Below, in pieces: positions 38,844 to 47,361 of a DNA stretch of 57,783 bases. The stretch is from a virus (Duplodnaviria > Caudoviricetes). Under the pieces are notes generated by a model. It had not been told where the DNA came from. It did not search any database and saw nothing but the letters and a program-made list of their open reading frames with translations. The DNA is taken from the IMG/VR virus record IMGVR_UViG_3300043427_004567, positions 1 to 57,783 of that record. One strand, written 5' to 3'. Both the position numbers and the translations under genes were made by a program. The number at the start of each line of letters is the position of its first letter. Within the stretch, counting starts at the first letter, position 1.

Positions 38844-39965
38844 TTACCAATCGCCCGAGGCGCCACCACCACCAAAATTACCACCTGAGCCTTTAAATTT
38901 TGAATATGCGGCAGAACCTTCTTTCTCAACAACAGAAATTGCCTTGGTCGTTACCTCTGATTGAATTGCAGTAGCTGCCTCGTATCTGGCATCTGAAAGC
39001 GGCCTAACAGTTGAGGCCGTCGGGATAGTTTGATCGCCGAGAGGCAGCTGACCAGCAGTTGCAGATAAGCTTGATTTGATATTTACTGGTGGAGATACCG
39101 GTGCTGGTGGCACATAAGCTGAAGATAATCTACCATTTCGATAAGCGCTAAGATCAAATCCTGAATACTGTGCAGGCGAAAAAGATTCTTTGAGCGTTAA
39201 CGAAATTTCGCATAAAACGGGGAATGGTGTACCAGATTCAATTCCTGAATTTAAATCTGCTTCGCACTCAATGTAATCAACATCATTTGGATATGTGAAA
39301 TTATAATTGAGCAATACTACTGGGTGTTGATCTATATTTGAGGGACCATAGGCAGAAAACATTAGTACTGGTGGAGGAGCACCAAACATCAAATCAAATG
39401 ATTCAGCAGTGCCTTGACCGTAATACGGCATCACCCATGATCTAATCATGTTAAGCTTTTTAAGGTTTTCAGTTGCTTCGGCTGCAGTTCTAGAAACTAG
39501 TTTTATGCCATTTAAATTCCATGATCTAGAATTAGTAGTTTTGTACTTCAACATTTCACCTGGATGATGAGAAACAGAAATGCTGTCATACACCGCGTCA
39601 CGACTATCTGAGATAACTGGATTTGCTAAAAACTTAATAGTCTGACGATCTTGTTGACTGTAAGTTTTTAATGTAATAATTGTTTTATTTTGATTATCCT
39701 CATTTGGCAGATTTGATCTTAACAAGCTCGCAAGCTGTGAAGAAGATGGAAATGAGCCTGCAAATTGATTTATTAGTGTTGATGTTTTTTTGCCAAACGA
39801 AGATGTAGTTAAACTAGAGGATATTTTTGAACTTAACTTGTTAAAAACAGCCTGCTGACCGCTCGCAACTAATTTATTGGCTACCTCAACTGCTTTTTTT
39901 TCTGCAGACGGTAGAGCCTTAGACAGAGACTGTGGCACAGAAGTTATATCACCTAAATTACTCAT
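38844..39965 (-). CDS. Tail tube initiator (gp48/gp54-like)
   Basis: GAPPPVLMFSAYG...PVVLLNYNFTYPNDVDYI...PVLCEISLTL; C-terminal GGNFGGGGASGDW tail. Confidence 0.7.
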   Translation of the reverse strand: MSNLGDITSVPQSLSKALPSAEKKAVEVANKLVASGQQAVFNKLSSKISSSLTTSSFGKKTSTLINQFAGSFPSSSQLASLLRSNLPNEDNQNKTIITLKTYSQQDRQTIKFLANPVISDSRDAVYDSISVSHHPGEMLKYKTTNSRSWNLNGIKLVSRTAAEATENLKKLNMIRSWVMPYYGQGTAESFDLMFGAPPPVLMFSAYGPSNIDQHPVVLLNYNFTYPNDVDYIECEADLNSGIESGTPFPVLCEISLTLKESFSPAQYSGFDLSAYRNGRLSSAYVPPAPVSPPVNIKSSLSATAGQLPLGDQTIPTASTVRPLSDARYEAATAIQSEVTTKAISVVEKEGSAAYSKFKGSGGNFGGGGASGDW

Positions 39966-40669
39966 TTCTGCTCCGAAATTCTTTGTTTGACCAATTCAAA
40001 CATTTGATTGCCAATTTTTGGATTGTTGATAAACCCAGTTAGCTTTTTAAAAATATCGTGTTTATTTGCTTTAGCAGCCATTTTAACTAAAGTTGAGGAG
40101 ACATCTGTTATTTCAATATCTTGACCATCTTCTAATTTATCAAGTAGTTGTTTGTTTTTCTCTTCTTTTTCTTTCTCAGAACCATTTGCGACAATATTGT
40201 CTCGTTCAATATCAGGAACTGCAAAATGTTTAATAGGTTTACCAGCTTTATCTAAAAAGTAAGTATCTAGAATGTTTAAGTAACTCTGCTGTCTTTCAGG
40301 CCCTGCTGCAACTGCAATTGGTTCATAGCCGCTTTTGCGAACACTCGCTAATGCGTTAAATGCATCTTTTGTTACTAAGATCTGATCAATCAATTCAGCG
40401 ACATCTGATGCCTCAATAAATCTTTTTCTTTCGACACCAGAGAGGGGATTGATCTGTGTATTTTTAGAATTGCTCTCGGCAGCCACAATTGCAACTATCA
40501 CGTGTTTGATGTTATTCTGATCAGCATATTCCTTGGCCGAGCGAATCATCGCCTGGTGACCAATGGTTAAGGGATTAAACCGGCCTACAACTACAACCGC
40601 AGGTTTATCTTTCATGTGCTGCATTTCGGTTACTAGATTGACCTCAAGAAGCAGACGAGATACTTCCAT
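39962..40669 (-). CDS. Cytidyltransferase-family (HIGH-type) nucleotidyltransferase
   Basis: VVVVGRFNPLTIGH, NPLS..ERK and VSSTLVK motifs; start is uncertain (40690, 40669 or later). Confidence 0.8.
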   Translation of the reverse strand: MEVSRLLLEVNLVTEMQHMKDKPAVVVVGRFNPLTIGHQAMIRSAKEYADQNNIKHVIVAIVAAESNSKNTQINPLSGVERKRFIEASDVAELIDQILVTKDAFNALASVRKSGYEPIAVAAGPERQQSYLNILDTYFLDKAGKPIKHFAVPDIERDNIVANGSEKEKEEKNKQLLDKLEDGQDIEITDVSSTLVKMAAKANKHDIFKKLTGFINNPKIGNQMFELVKQRISEQK

Positions 40670-40704
40670 AAATATTTTTCTCCACTCCAAAAGTCATAAT
40701 TGCA

Positions 40705-40712
40705 TATTTATC
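40705..40712 (-). promoter_or_regulatory. Late promoter variant GATAAATA heading the baseplate operon
   Basis: TATTTATC on the + strand upstream of the nucleotidyltransferase. Confidence 0.55.
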
Positions 40713-40899
40713 AAAATTAGTTGAGTTCTCAGAATGACCGTTCTGCACAAAGTGTCAATTACTCAACCGTAGATCGATGCCAAACATGTCAAAAAACGAA
40801 TAATTTTTCCAATTTTTAACTAATCTTTGGGTTAGGAGAGCTACATTTTAGGTATAATCTAACTTAGGAGACGCTTAACATATCATAAGGGACTAAAAG

Positions 40900-41370
40900 A
40901 TGTCAACAACTACTAAAAAAATTAAGAGAGAAAAGTCAACAAGCACTAAGGGTCACTATGTGTCAAATGCTCAGATGCTGCAAGAGGTCATTAGGGCTAA
41001 AAAAATAGGCCGGGTAACAGACGAACTTGCTAGAATGTTTATGCTAATCACCGAACGGTATTCTAAAAAATCCAATTTTTCGGGATACTCATTCAGAGAA
41101 GATATGGTTTCAGTGGCATTGATCAATCTGTGCGCAAATGGTTTAAAATTTGACCCAGAGAGATCAAGCAACCCTTTTTCATTCTACACAACCGTGATTC
41201 ACAACAGCTTTCTTCAGTACATGGCAGATGAAAAGAAACACAGAAATATTAGAGATTTAGTTATGGTTGAAAATGGTTTAAATCCATCTTCTACATACGT
41301 TGAAAACAGCAAAGGTGAAGTTGTTGAACAACACGTAGAAGCGACTCTTAAGATCTCGTCAGACGAGTGA
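40900..41370 (+). CDS. gp55: Late-transcription sigma factor (T4 gp55-like)
   Basis: HYVSN, NFSGYSFREDMV and KFDPERSSNPFSFYTTVIHNSFLQY..EKK; gp55-47-46 synteny; TATAAT at 40853-40858. Confidence 0.92.
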   Translation: MSTTTKKIKREKSTSTKGHYVSNAQMLQEVIRAKKIGRVTDELARMFMLITERYSKKSNFSGYSFREDMVSVALINLCANGLKFDPERSSNPFSFYTTVIHNSFLQYMADEKKHRNIRDLVMVENGLNPSSTYVENSKGEVVEQHVEATLKISSDE

Positions 41371-41392
41371 TAAAATTATGGGGAGTAAAGTA

Positions 41393-42442
41393 ATGTCTAC
41401 TGCAATTAAAAAGATTGCGATGTTCACGGATATTCATTGGGGAAAATTCAATAATAGCGTTGTCCATAATCAGGATTGTTTAAATTTTATTGATTTCTTC
41501 TGTGAGCAGGTTAAAGCAGATAAAGACGTTACTCACATCGTGTTTCTTGGTGATTGGTTCGAAAATAGAAATGCGGTTAACATTAAGACTCTTGAAATGT
41601 CTTATCACGGTGCGAAAAAGGTCAATGATTTAGGGTTGCCAATTTACCATATCGTCGGCAACCATGATCTTTATCATCGGCACACGCGAGATACTCACTC
41701 AGTTCTAGTTTTTAACGAGTTGAAAAATTATCACATTGTGAATGATCCAGTCTGGCTTGGCGAAAAATATTTGTTAATGCCGTATCTTTTCACGCAGGAG
41801 TATATCCAATTTGCCTCGGATATTAATTCCGCAAAATATGTATTTGGACATTTTGAATTCAAAGACTTCGTCGTGACAGGCGCCACGCACAAACTGGACC
41901 ATGGTCCAGATGGTAAACTTTTTGGCAAGCCAACATATATTTTCTCGGGCCACTTTCATAAAAGGCAAGTCCAGGGCAATATCATTTACATAGGGAACAC
42001 GTTCCCATCAAACTACGGTGATGCTGGCGATACAGATCGCGGTATGGCCATGGTTGATACGCGAAATGATGATGTGCAATTTATTAATTGGGAAGAGTCA
42101 CCTGCCTATTATAAAATTACTTTATCAGAGCTATCTGAAAAACCGTGGGAACCAAGGTCTGGCTCAAAGGTTAGATGTTTAAAAGATGTTGACATTGGTT
42201 ATCAGGAAGCACAAAACATTAAACAGACTATGATTGAAAGCTATTCATTACGTGAATTTGTTATTGAAGAAAATATTCAAGAAAAGAAAGAGGCACTTGT
42301 TGGAGATCATGAAGATGATCCAGAAATTGCCTCAATGGAGTTGAGCAACATTAATGAGATGGTTGAAAAGTTACTCTTACGGGTGCCAGGCACTACAACA
42401 ATTTCGAATGATGAACTAGTTAAAATCTATAAAAAATTATGA
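41393..42442 (+). CDS. gp47: Recombination endonuclease, Mre11/SbcD-like subunit (T4 gp47)
   Basis: TDIHWG, LGDWF, GNHD, GHFE and SGHFH metallophosphoesterase motifs; ATG 41393 has a GGGAG SD. Confidence 0.95.
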   Translation: MSTAIKKIAMFTDIHWGKFNNSVVHNQDCLNFIDFFCEQVKADKDVTHIVFLGDWFENRNAVNIKTLEMSYHGAKKVNDLGLPIYHIVGNHDLYHRHTRDTHSVLVFNELKNYHIVNDPVWLGEKYLLMPYLFTQEYIQFASDINSAKYVFGHFEFKDFVVTGATHKLDHGPDGKLFGKPTYIFSGHFHKRQVQGNIIYIGNTFPSNYGDAGDTDRGMAMVDTRNDDVQFINWEESPAYYKITLSELSEKPWEPRSGSKVRCLKDVDIGYQEAQNIKQTMIESYSLREFVIEENIQEKKEALVGDHEDDPEIASMELSNINEMVEKLLLRVPGTTTISNDELVKIYKKL

Positions 42443-44166
42443 TTACTTTTAAAAAACTCGAAGTAAGAAATTTCCTATCATTTGGAAATGCCATTCAAGA
42501 ATTGGACATTGATTTCAATGGCACTACTTTAATTATTGGTAGAAATGTTGACACTGGCGGCGCAAATGGTGTTGGCAAAAGCACAATCATTAACGCTATT
42601 TCATATGCAATCTTCAATAAGCCAATTTCGAATATCAGTAAAGAACGGCTGATCAATAAAACAAATTCAGCCAAAAATACGCTGATGGAAGTTCGTCTAA
42701 GCTTCTGTAAAAATGAAGATGAATTTGAAATCTATCGCACACGCGGAGAAAGCAATACCGTACAACTTTTTCAAAATGGTGTAGACATCACGCCAGATAG
42801 CATTGCAATCACCGACAAAAGAATAACAGAATTGATTGGCTTCAGCTATGAACTTTTTGTGAAGGTCATCATCTTCTCGGGAAATGATATTCCCTTTTTA
42901 GAAATGTCTGTTTCAAATCAAAGAACATTAATTGAAGAGCTTTTCAATATTACGATCTTATCTGAGAAGGCTGCAAATCTGAAAGATATGATCAAAGAAA
43001 CTGAGACAGACATTCAGATCAAAGAAAAGTTATTAGATCAACAGCTTAAAAATCATGAAAGACAATTAAAACAAGTTGAAGATGCAAAGGCACGCGTTTC
43101 AAAATGGGATGCTGACCGTGAAGTTCAAATTCAAAAAATAACTACAGATCTTGAAGATTTGTCAACAATTGACTTTGCGCTTGAAACTGAAGCACATCAA
43201 CTTCTTATGGAGTTGAAGCCAAGCATTACGAAGTTGAATAACGAAAAGCAAAACGTGGATAAGGATCTTTCAAGAAAAACAAAACAGATCGAAGATCTGA
43301 TGAAGCAGCTTTCTCACCTAGAGCTTGATCAGTGTCCGTACTGTTTGCAGAAATACGCGGATAGTTTTAAAAAAATTGATGAGCTGAAAAAATCTCTTGA
43401 TGAGTGTGAATCAGAAGCAGTTATGCTTGTTGAGAAAAATGAGAAAACAATCAATAGCCTTCAAGAATTCCTAAGTCAAGAAAAAGAAGCGCTCAGTATT
43501 TGCAAATTTTCTTCAATCACAGAAGCAACTAGAAAACAAACTAGTGTAGAAGAACTTAACAAAAAATTGACCGAGTTAAAAAACGGTGTCAACCCGCATA
43601 TTGAAGCGTATGAAGTTCTTAAAGAAGAAGCAATTGAAGAAGTTGATTTTTCTGAACTTGATAAGTTGAAAAAACATCTTGAGCATCAACAATTTTTGTT
43701 AAAGCTATTAACTAATAAAGATTCTTTCGTGCGGAAGAAAATCATCAACAAAACAATTCCATTCTTGAACACCAGAATCAATTCATATACGCAAGAGTTA
43801 GGTCTGCCACACATTGTACGATTTGATGATGACATGAGCTGTTCAGTTTCTGAATTTGATCGAGACTTGGATTTTGGCAACTTATCAAGCGGCGAGAAAA
43901 AACGGGTCAATCTTGCGCTGTCATTGGCGTTCAGAGATGTATTTCACCAGATTCACAATTTTGTAAATTGTTTATTCCTAGATGAAATTGAAGCTTCTCT
44001 TGATGTGCAGGGTCTTGAGGCAGTTATAAAAACAATCAAGAACAAGTCGCGGGATGAAGGTCTTGGAATTTGGATAATCTCAAATAGATCTGAGACTGGA
44101 GGTAGATTTGATCGTCAATTAACTGTGATTAAGGAGAATGGATTTTCAAATATTCACTTTGAATAA
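42439..44166 (+). CDS. gp46: Recombination ATPase, Rad50/SbcC-like subunit (T4 gp46)
   Basis: Walker A GANGVGKS, zinc hook CPYC, signature LSSGEKKR and Walker B LFLDE. Confidence 0.95.
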   Translation: MITFKKLEVRNFLSFGNAIQELDIDFNGTTLIIGRNVDTGGANGVGKSTIINAISYAIFNKPISNISKERLINKTNSAKNTLMEVRLSFCKNEDEFEIYRTRGESNTVQLFQNGVDITPDSIAITDKRITELIGFSYELFVKVIIFSGNDIPFLEMSVSNQRTLIEELFNITILSEKAANLKDMIKETETDIQIKEKLLDQQLKNHERQLKQVEDAKARVSKWDADREVQIQKITTDLEDLSTIDFALETEAHQLLMELKPSITKLNNEKQNVDKDLSRKTKQIEDLMKQLSHLELDQCPYCLQKYADSFKKIDELKKSLDECESEAVMLVEKNEKTINSLQEFLSQEKEALSICKFSSITEATRKQTSVEELNKKLTELKNGVNPHIEAYEVLKEEAIEEVDFSELDKLKKHLEHQQFLLKLLTNKDSFVRKKIINKTIPFLNTRINSYTQELGLPHIVRFDDDMSCSVSEFDRDLDFGNLSSGEKKRVNLALSLAFRDVFHQIHNFVNCLFLDEIEASLDVQGLEAVIKTIKNKSRDEGLGIWIISNRSETGGRFDRQLTVIKENGFSNIHFE

Positions 44167-44230
44167 GTCAAATAATAACCTAAATTTGTAAATAACTATT
44201 TTACATGTTCTCTAAGGTCTACTTTTAATC

Positions 44231-44689
44231 ATGACAGATAAGTCATTTAAAGATTTTTTGACACAAATTGATTCTGAAAAGCATCTAGTCATCTCATTTG
44301 CTGATTTTTTGAAGCAGCATGATCGCGTCACATACGCAAATATGAAACTTTTTCAAATTAGGCCAGCCGAAGAAGCTGGAAAATTTGAAATACGTGACTT
44401 TAAGGATCCATTTGATGCTGACGTCATTGATGAAAAAGAATTAAAGAAATATGTAAAAGTAGAAGATGATACACCAGATGGTGAAGGCTATGAGAAGTAC
44501 AACAAAATAGAAGCGGCAGTGGATGTTATCAAATATACTGGTGAAGAGCCAATCACAATTGAAGCAAATAACAAAAAGCTCCTAGTTAAGCCTGGTTATT
44601 TTGTAACATTAGAAATAGAAGATTCGCGCGGCAAGGTAAAAGTTTATTCGCCTGCAAATTTTAAAGCGCTTAAACTAACTAAATTCTAG
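44231..44689 (+). CDS. Hypothetical protein (possible internal head protein)
   Basis: 152 aa; N-terminal KSFKDFL; TGTAAATA upstream. Confidence 0.7.
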   Translation: MTDKSFKDFLTQIDSEKHLVISFADFLKQHDRVTYANMKLFQIRPAEEAGKFEIRDFKDPFDADVIDEKELKKYVKVEDDTPDGEGYEKYNKIEAAVDVIKYTGEEPITIEANNKKLLVKPGYFVTLEIEDSRGKVKVYSPANFKALKLTKF

Positions 44690-45102
44690 TCTTTATAATT
44701 AGGCGTAAGTTTAACATGATTGCGATGAATCTTTCCACCGACGAAGGCATTGTACCATTCATCTGGTTTTAAGAGCACGTCATTCATAATTTGTTCCTTC
44801 ATCTCCAGATATGACAGTGTTCCCTTGTTAAAACACAGATGAAGTATTTCACGAGTAAAGTTTTCTTCTCCATGTAGCTTAACATCTGCTTTTAACTCTT
44901 CAGATGAAGACCAGTAAACAGGCCAGTCTGACATGGCTTTTTGTCTTTTCTTTTTACCCTTGACAACTTTAGTCTTTGAGAAGAAGAAAAGCTTTTTCCC
45001 AATATACTTGCGGCCAGTTAGTTTATTGGTAATTAAATACACGTAACCAACGTAGTTTTCTATTTTTTCAGGAGTGAATTCTGCGCCTTCATATAACCAC
45101 AT
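44686..45102 (-). CDS. Stand-alone GIY-YIG endonuclease
   Basis: GYVYLITNKLTGRKYIGKK, FTREIL, LEMKEQ and WYN motifs. Confidence 0.88.
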   Translation of the reverse strand: MWLYEGAEFTPEKIENYVGYVYLITNKLTGRKYIGKKLFFFSKTKVVKGKKKRQKAMSDWPVYWSSSEELKADVKLHGEENFTREILHLCFNKGTLSYLEMKEQIMNDVLLKPDEWYNAFVGGKIHRNHVKLTPNYKD

Positions 45103-45202
45103 ATTTTTTCTTTATTATGTAATAGATTAAATATTTACAGCTATTAAGCAAAATGATAATAAAGCATACTATTAGAGTTTCTAAATAATGACCGTCAGCG
45201 CT

Positions 45203-45210
45203 TATAAATA
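45203..45210 (+). promoter_or_regulatory. Late promoter TATAAATA
   Basis: Exact motif about 37 nt upstream of ATG 45248. Confidence 0.7.
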
Positions 45211-45247
45211 ATTTCAGTAGTATTTCTCTTTTATAAAGTTCCCAGTT

Positions 45248-45889
45248 ATGCAATATAAAGCACGTCTTGACGTAATACGTCCAGTAATAGAACCATTTAC
45301 TGATTTACAAAAACAAGTCAAAGATACATTTTGGCTTTACACAAAAATTGAAAAATTCCTAGCACCATATAATTCCAGACAGGCTGGTAGCATGATGCCA
45401 TATATGCCGCCAGCCCGAGACGCAATAATATCTGCTATTGGTTTGCAGCCAGGTCGTGTATGCTTACATGATGCGACAGTTTCTGCGATGATGTCTGCGA
45501 CCGTTGCATTTTGCGAAAAACATAAGGGCAGAAAACAACTCATACTGCCGCATCATTCTACCTTACATTCATGTCAATTTCAAAAGGCGCTATTTGAGAT
45601 TTCAGAAGTTGATGTTGCAGATTGGAAAACACTCTCAAATAGAAATTATGCGTCAATTAAAAGAGTTAATAAGATAGAATTAGCGGGCTGCCAACCGATT
45701 TATATAGAAAATTTGAAAATCAAGGAAGATATACGTCAAATAAAACATTTAATTGTTAGACAGAAGTTAGGAAAAACAGGTGTACCTTCAGCTAATTCAT
45801 GGGAAATTTTGTTGTACACCAATAATTATGGTTTTGTGATTGATCACGCAGATGCAGAAATCAATGTTCGCTATGTTGGGATGATTTAA
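45248..45889 (+). CDS. Hypothetical protein (speculative similarity to the TnpB N-terminal half)
   Basis: 213-aa ORF under a late promoter; see findings. Confidence 0.7.
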   Translation: MQYKARLDVIRPVIEPFTDLQKQVKDTFWLYTKIEKFLAPYNSRQAGSMMPYMPPARDAIISAIGLQPGRVCLHDATVSAMMSATVAFCEKHKGRKQLILPHHSTLHSCQFQKALFEISEVDVADWKTLSNRNYASIKRVNKIELAGCQPIYIENLKIKEDIRQIKHLIVRQKLGKTGVPSANSWEILLYTNNYGFVIDHADAEINVRYVGMI

Positions 45890-45905
45890 TTAAAAGGAGA
45901 TTATT

Positions 45906-46157
45906 ATGAGGGGTTTAGTTGCAAAAGAACTGAGAAAAATGATTAAGCAAAGCTTTAGAAAAGACGGAGTGACTGGTCCACTACAGAGCACGTACTTAGT
46001 TTCAGGCGGGCAAAAAGCTATTAGAGATAAAGAAGGAAATTTGTTGGCACCAGAAATAACTGGAACTATCAAACTAGATCAAAACTGCGAAAAAGCGTCT
46101 TATAAGTTCTTTAAGCAACAATACAAAATGCTACAGCGACAGGGACAACATAAATAA
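45906..46157 (+). CDS. Small basic hypothetical protein
   Basis: 83 aa with a strong AAGGAG SD. Confidence 0.75.
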   Translation: MRGLVAKELRKMIKQSFRKDGVTGPLQSTYLVSGGQKAIRDKEGNLLAPEITGTIKLDQNCEKASYKFFKQQYKMLQRQGQHK

Positions 46158-46187
46158 AAGTAATGGTTTTTAAAAAATATTTATAAG

Positions 46188-46211
46188 AAAGGGAGACGAT
46201 GTCTCCCTTTT
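46188..46211. terminator. Terminator hairpin between convergent genes
   Basis: AAAGGGAGAC-GAT-GTCTCCCTTTT. Confidence 0.8.
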
Positions 46212-46243
46212 GTCCTTTCTAAGTGTCTGAATTCCAGGACTGA

Positions 46244-46468
46244 TTAAAATACTGGATACGCCATTTTACCTGCAATTTCAAGTCTCTTATTGATAAACTC
46301 CAAAGCTATTTCTCTTTCGGCCGCACACATCTGTAAAACATCTTGATAAGACCAGGCACCTCGTGAAAAATAGCTTAACTCAAATGACGTCTTGATCATT
46401 GCACGAACTTCTTTACCTAAAATACTAATGTGATTTTGTATTTTAGACATATCTCCAGCGTCAATCAT
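46244..46468 (-). CDS. Baseplate/tail assembly chaperone (gp51-like); possibly also the frameshift extension of the upstream gene
   Basis: LSYFSRGAWSYQDVLQMCAAERE pattern; ATGA overlap; no clear SD. Confidence 0.7.
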   Translation of the reverse strand: MIDAGDMSKIQNHISILGKEVRAMIKTSFELSYFSRGAWSYQDVLQMCAAEREIALEFINKRLEIAGKMAYPVF

Positions 46469-47247
46469 TCGGTGAAAAAAGAAATTGGATTCAATGGAAT
46501 ATCAACGCTAACCATTTCACCGCAATCTTTACATGCAATCTGCTCAATCGTATTAATTCCCCAATCATTTATATCATCAATTCTTTCAACCAACCTATTT
46601 GCAAGCGGCGATGAAATTTGTTTAATCCATTCTTCTATTAATTTAGAGTCATCTATTCCATCAACGCTTTGAATAATATTCAACAAATTGCGAACAGTAT
46701 TTTCTTTCATATCATCTGCAGTAAGTTGTTTTTTAGCATGATTTTTTTGCAGAAGCTCAATTAGATGCTGATACCGAATCGGTCTAAGTTTTACAACCTG
46801 TCCGTTTGGTAAATTGACAGTCATTTTAGCTTCAGCAATTGTTGGATCAAGTATTTTCATACTTGTTATAACATTCTCCAAATCGATTACGTAAGAATGA
46901 TTTTTTGCGTTTTCACATGTGTGCCTAAATTCTATTTCATAATGTGGACCGTAAGTCACCAATCTTAAAAATACCATTAGTGCATCAACATCTTTTGCTA
47001 GTAGATCCTTCGGTTTGATAATATCTGTAACGCAAGCCGCGCATGCTTCTTCAATTGCGCGACCGCTGAATAGCATATCTGGATTTTTAATTGAAATTTC
47101 ATTAATTGCTGAAAGCGGTTGGACATGAATTTCAGCGTTTTTGCATGAACCGACGAGCTCATCACTTTTATAGAAGTGTCCAGAAGATGGAAGTTGAAAA
47201 ATCCTACCTGGCAACTTCAACTTTTGTAAAAGAGGATTTGATGACAT
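46465..47247 (-). CDS. gp26: Baseplate hub assembly chaperone (T4 gp26-like)
   Basis: NPLL, LPSSGHFY, DVDALMVFLRLVTYG, C-terminal CKDC and NPISFF; ATG 47247 has an AAGGAG SD. Confidence 0.8.
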   Translation of the reverse strand: MSSNPLLQKLKLPGRIFQLPSSGHFYKSDELVGSCKNAEIHVQPLSAINEISIKNPDMLFSGRAIEEACAACVTDIIKPKDLLAKDVDALMVFLRLVTYGPHYEIEFRHTCENAKNHSYVIDLENVITSMKILDPTIAEAKMTVNLPNGQVVKLRPIRYQHLIELLQKNHAKKQLTADDMKENTVRNLLNIIQSVDGIDDSKLIEEWIKQISSPLANRLVERIDDINDWGINTIEQIACKDCGEMVSVDIPLNPISFFTE

Positions 47248-47313
47248 TGCATCTCCTTTAATATGAATATGAATATTAGCCAGAAAGCGTATTTTTGGAT
47301 TACTCAGGAAATC

Positions 47314-47341
47314 AATAAATATCCGGCATATAGTATTTATC
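47314..47341. promoter_or_regulatory. Face-to-face late-type promoters for the divergent gp26 and tape-measure genes
   Basis: AATAAATA (+) at 47314-47321 and GATAAATA (-) at 47334-47341. Confidence 0.5.
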
Positions 47342-47361
47342 ATTTTTATAGGTTGTCCAGA

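Noticed and set aside
40691-40899. tRNA or other RNA gene in the larger intergenic gaps (also 52381-52653)
   Set aside because: No cloverleaf or T-loop (GTTCRA) context was recognised; the gaps are explained by promoters and terminators.
44686-45102. GIY-YIG gene as an intron-encoded homing endonuclease
   Set aside because: It is free-standing, no interrupted host gene or intron structure is visible, and it has no C-terminal DNA-binding extension.
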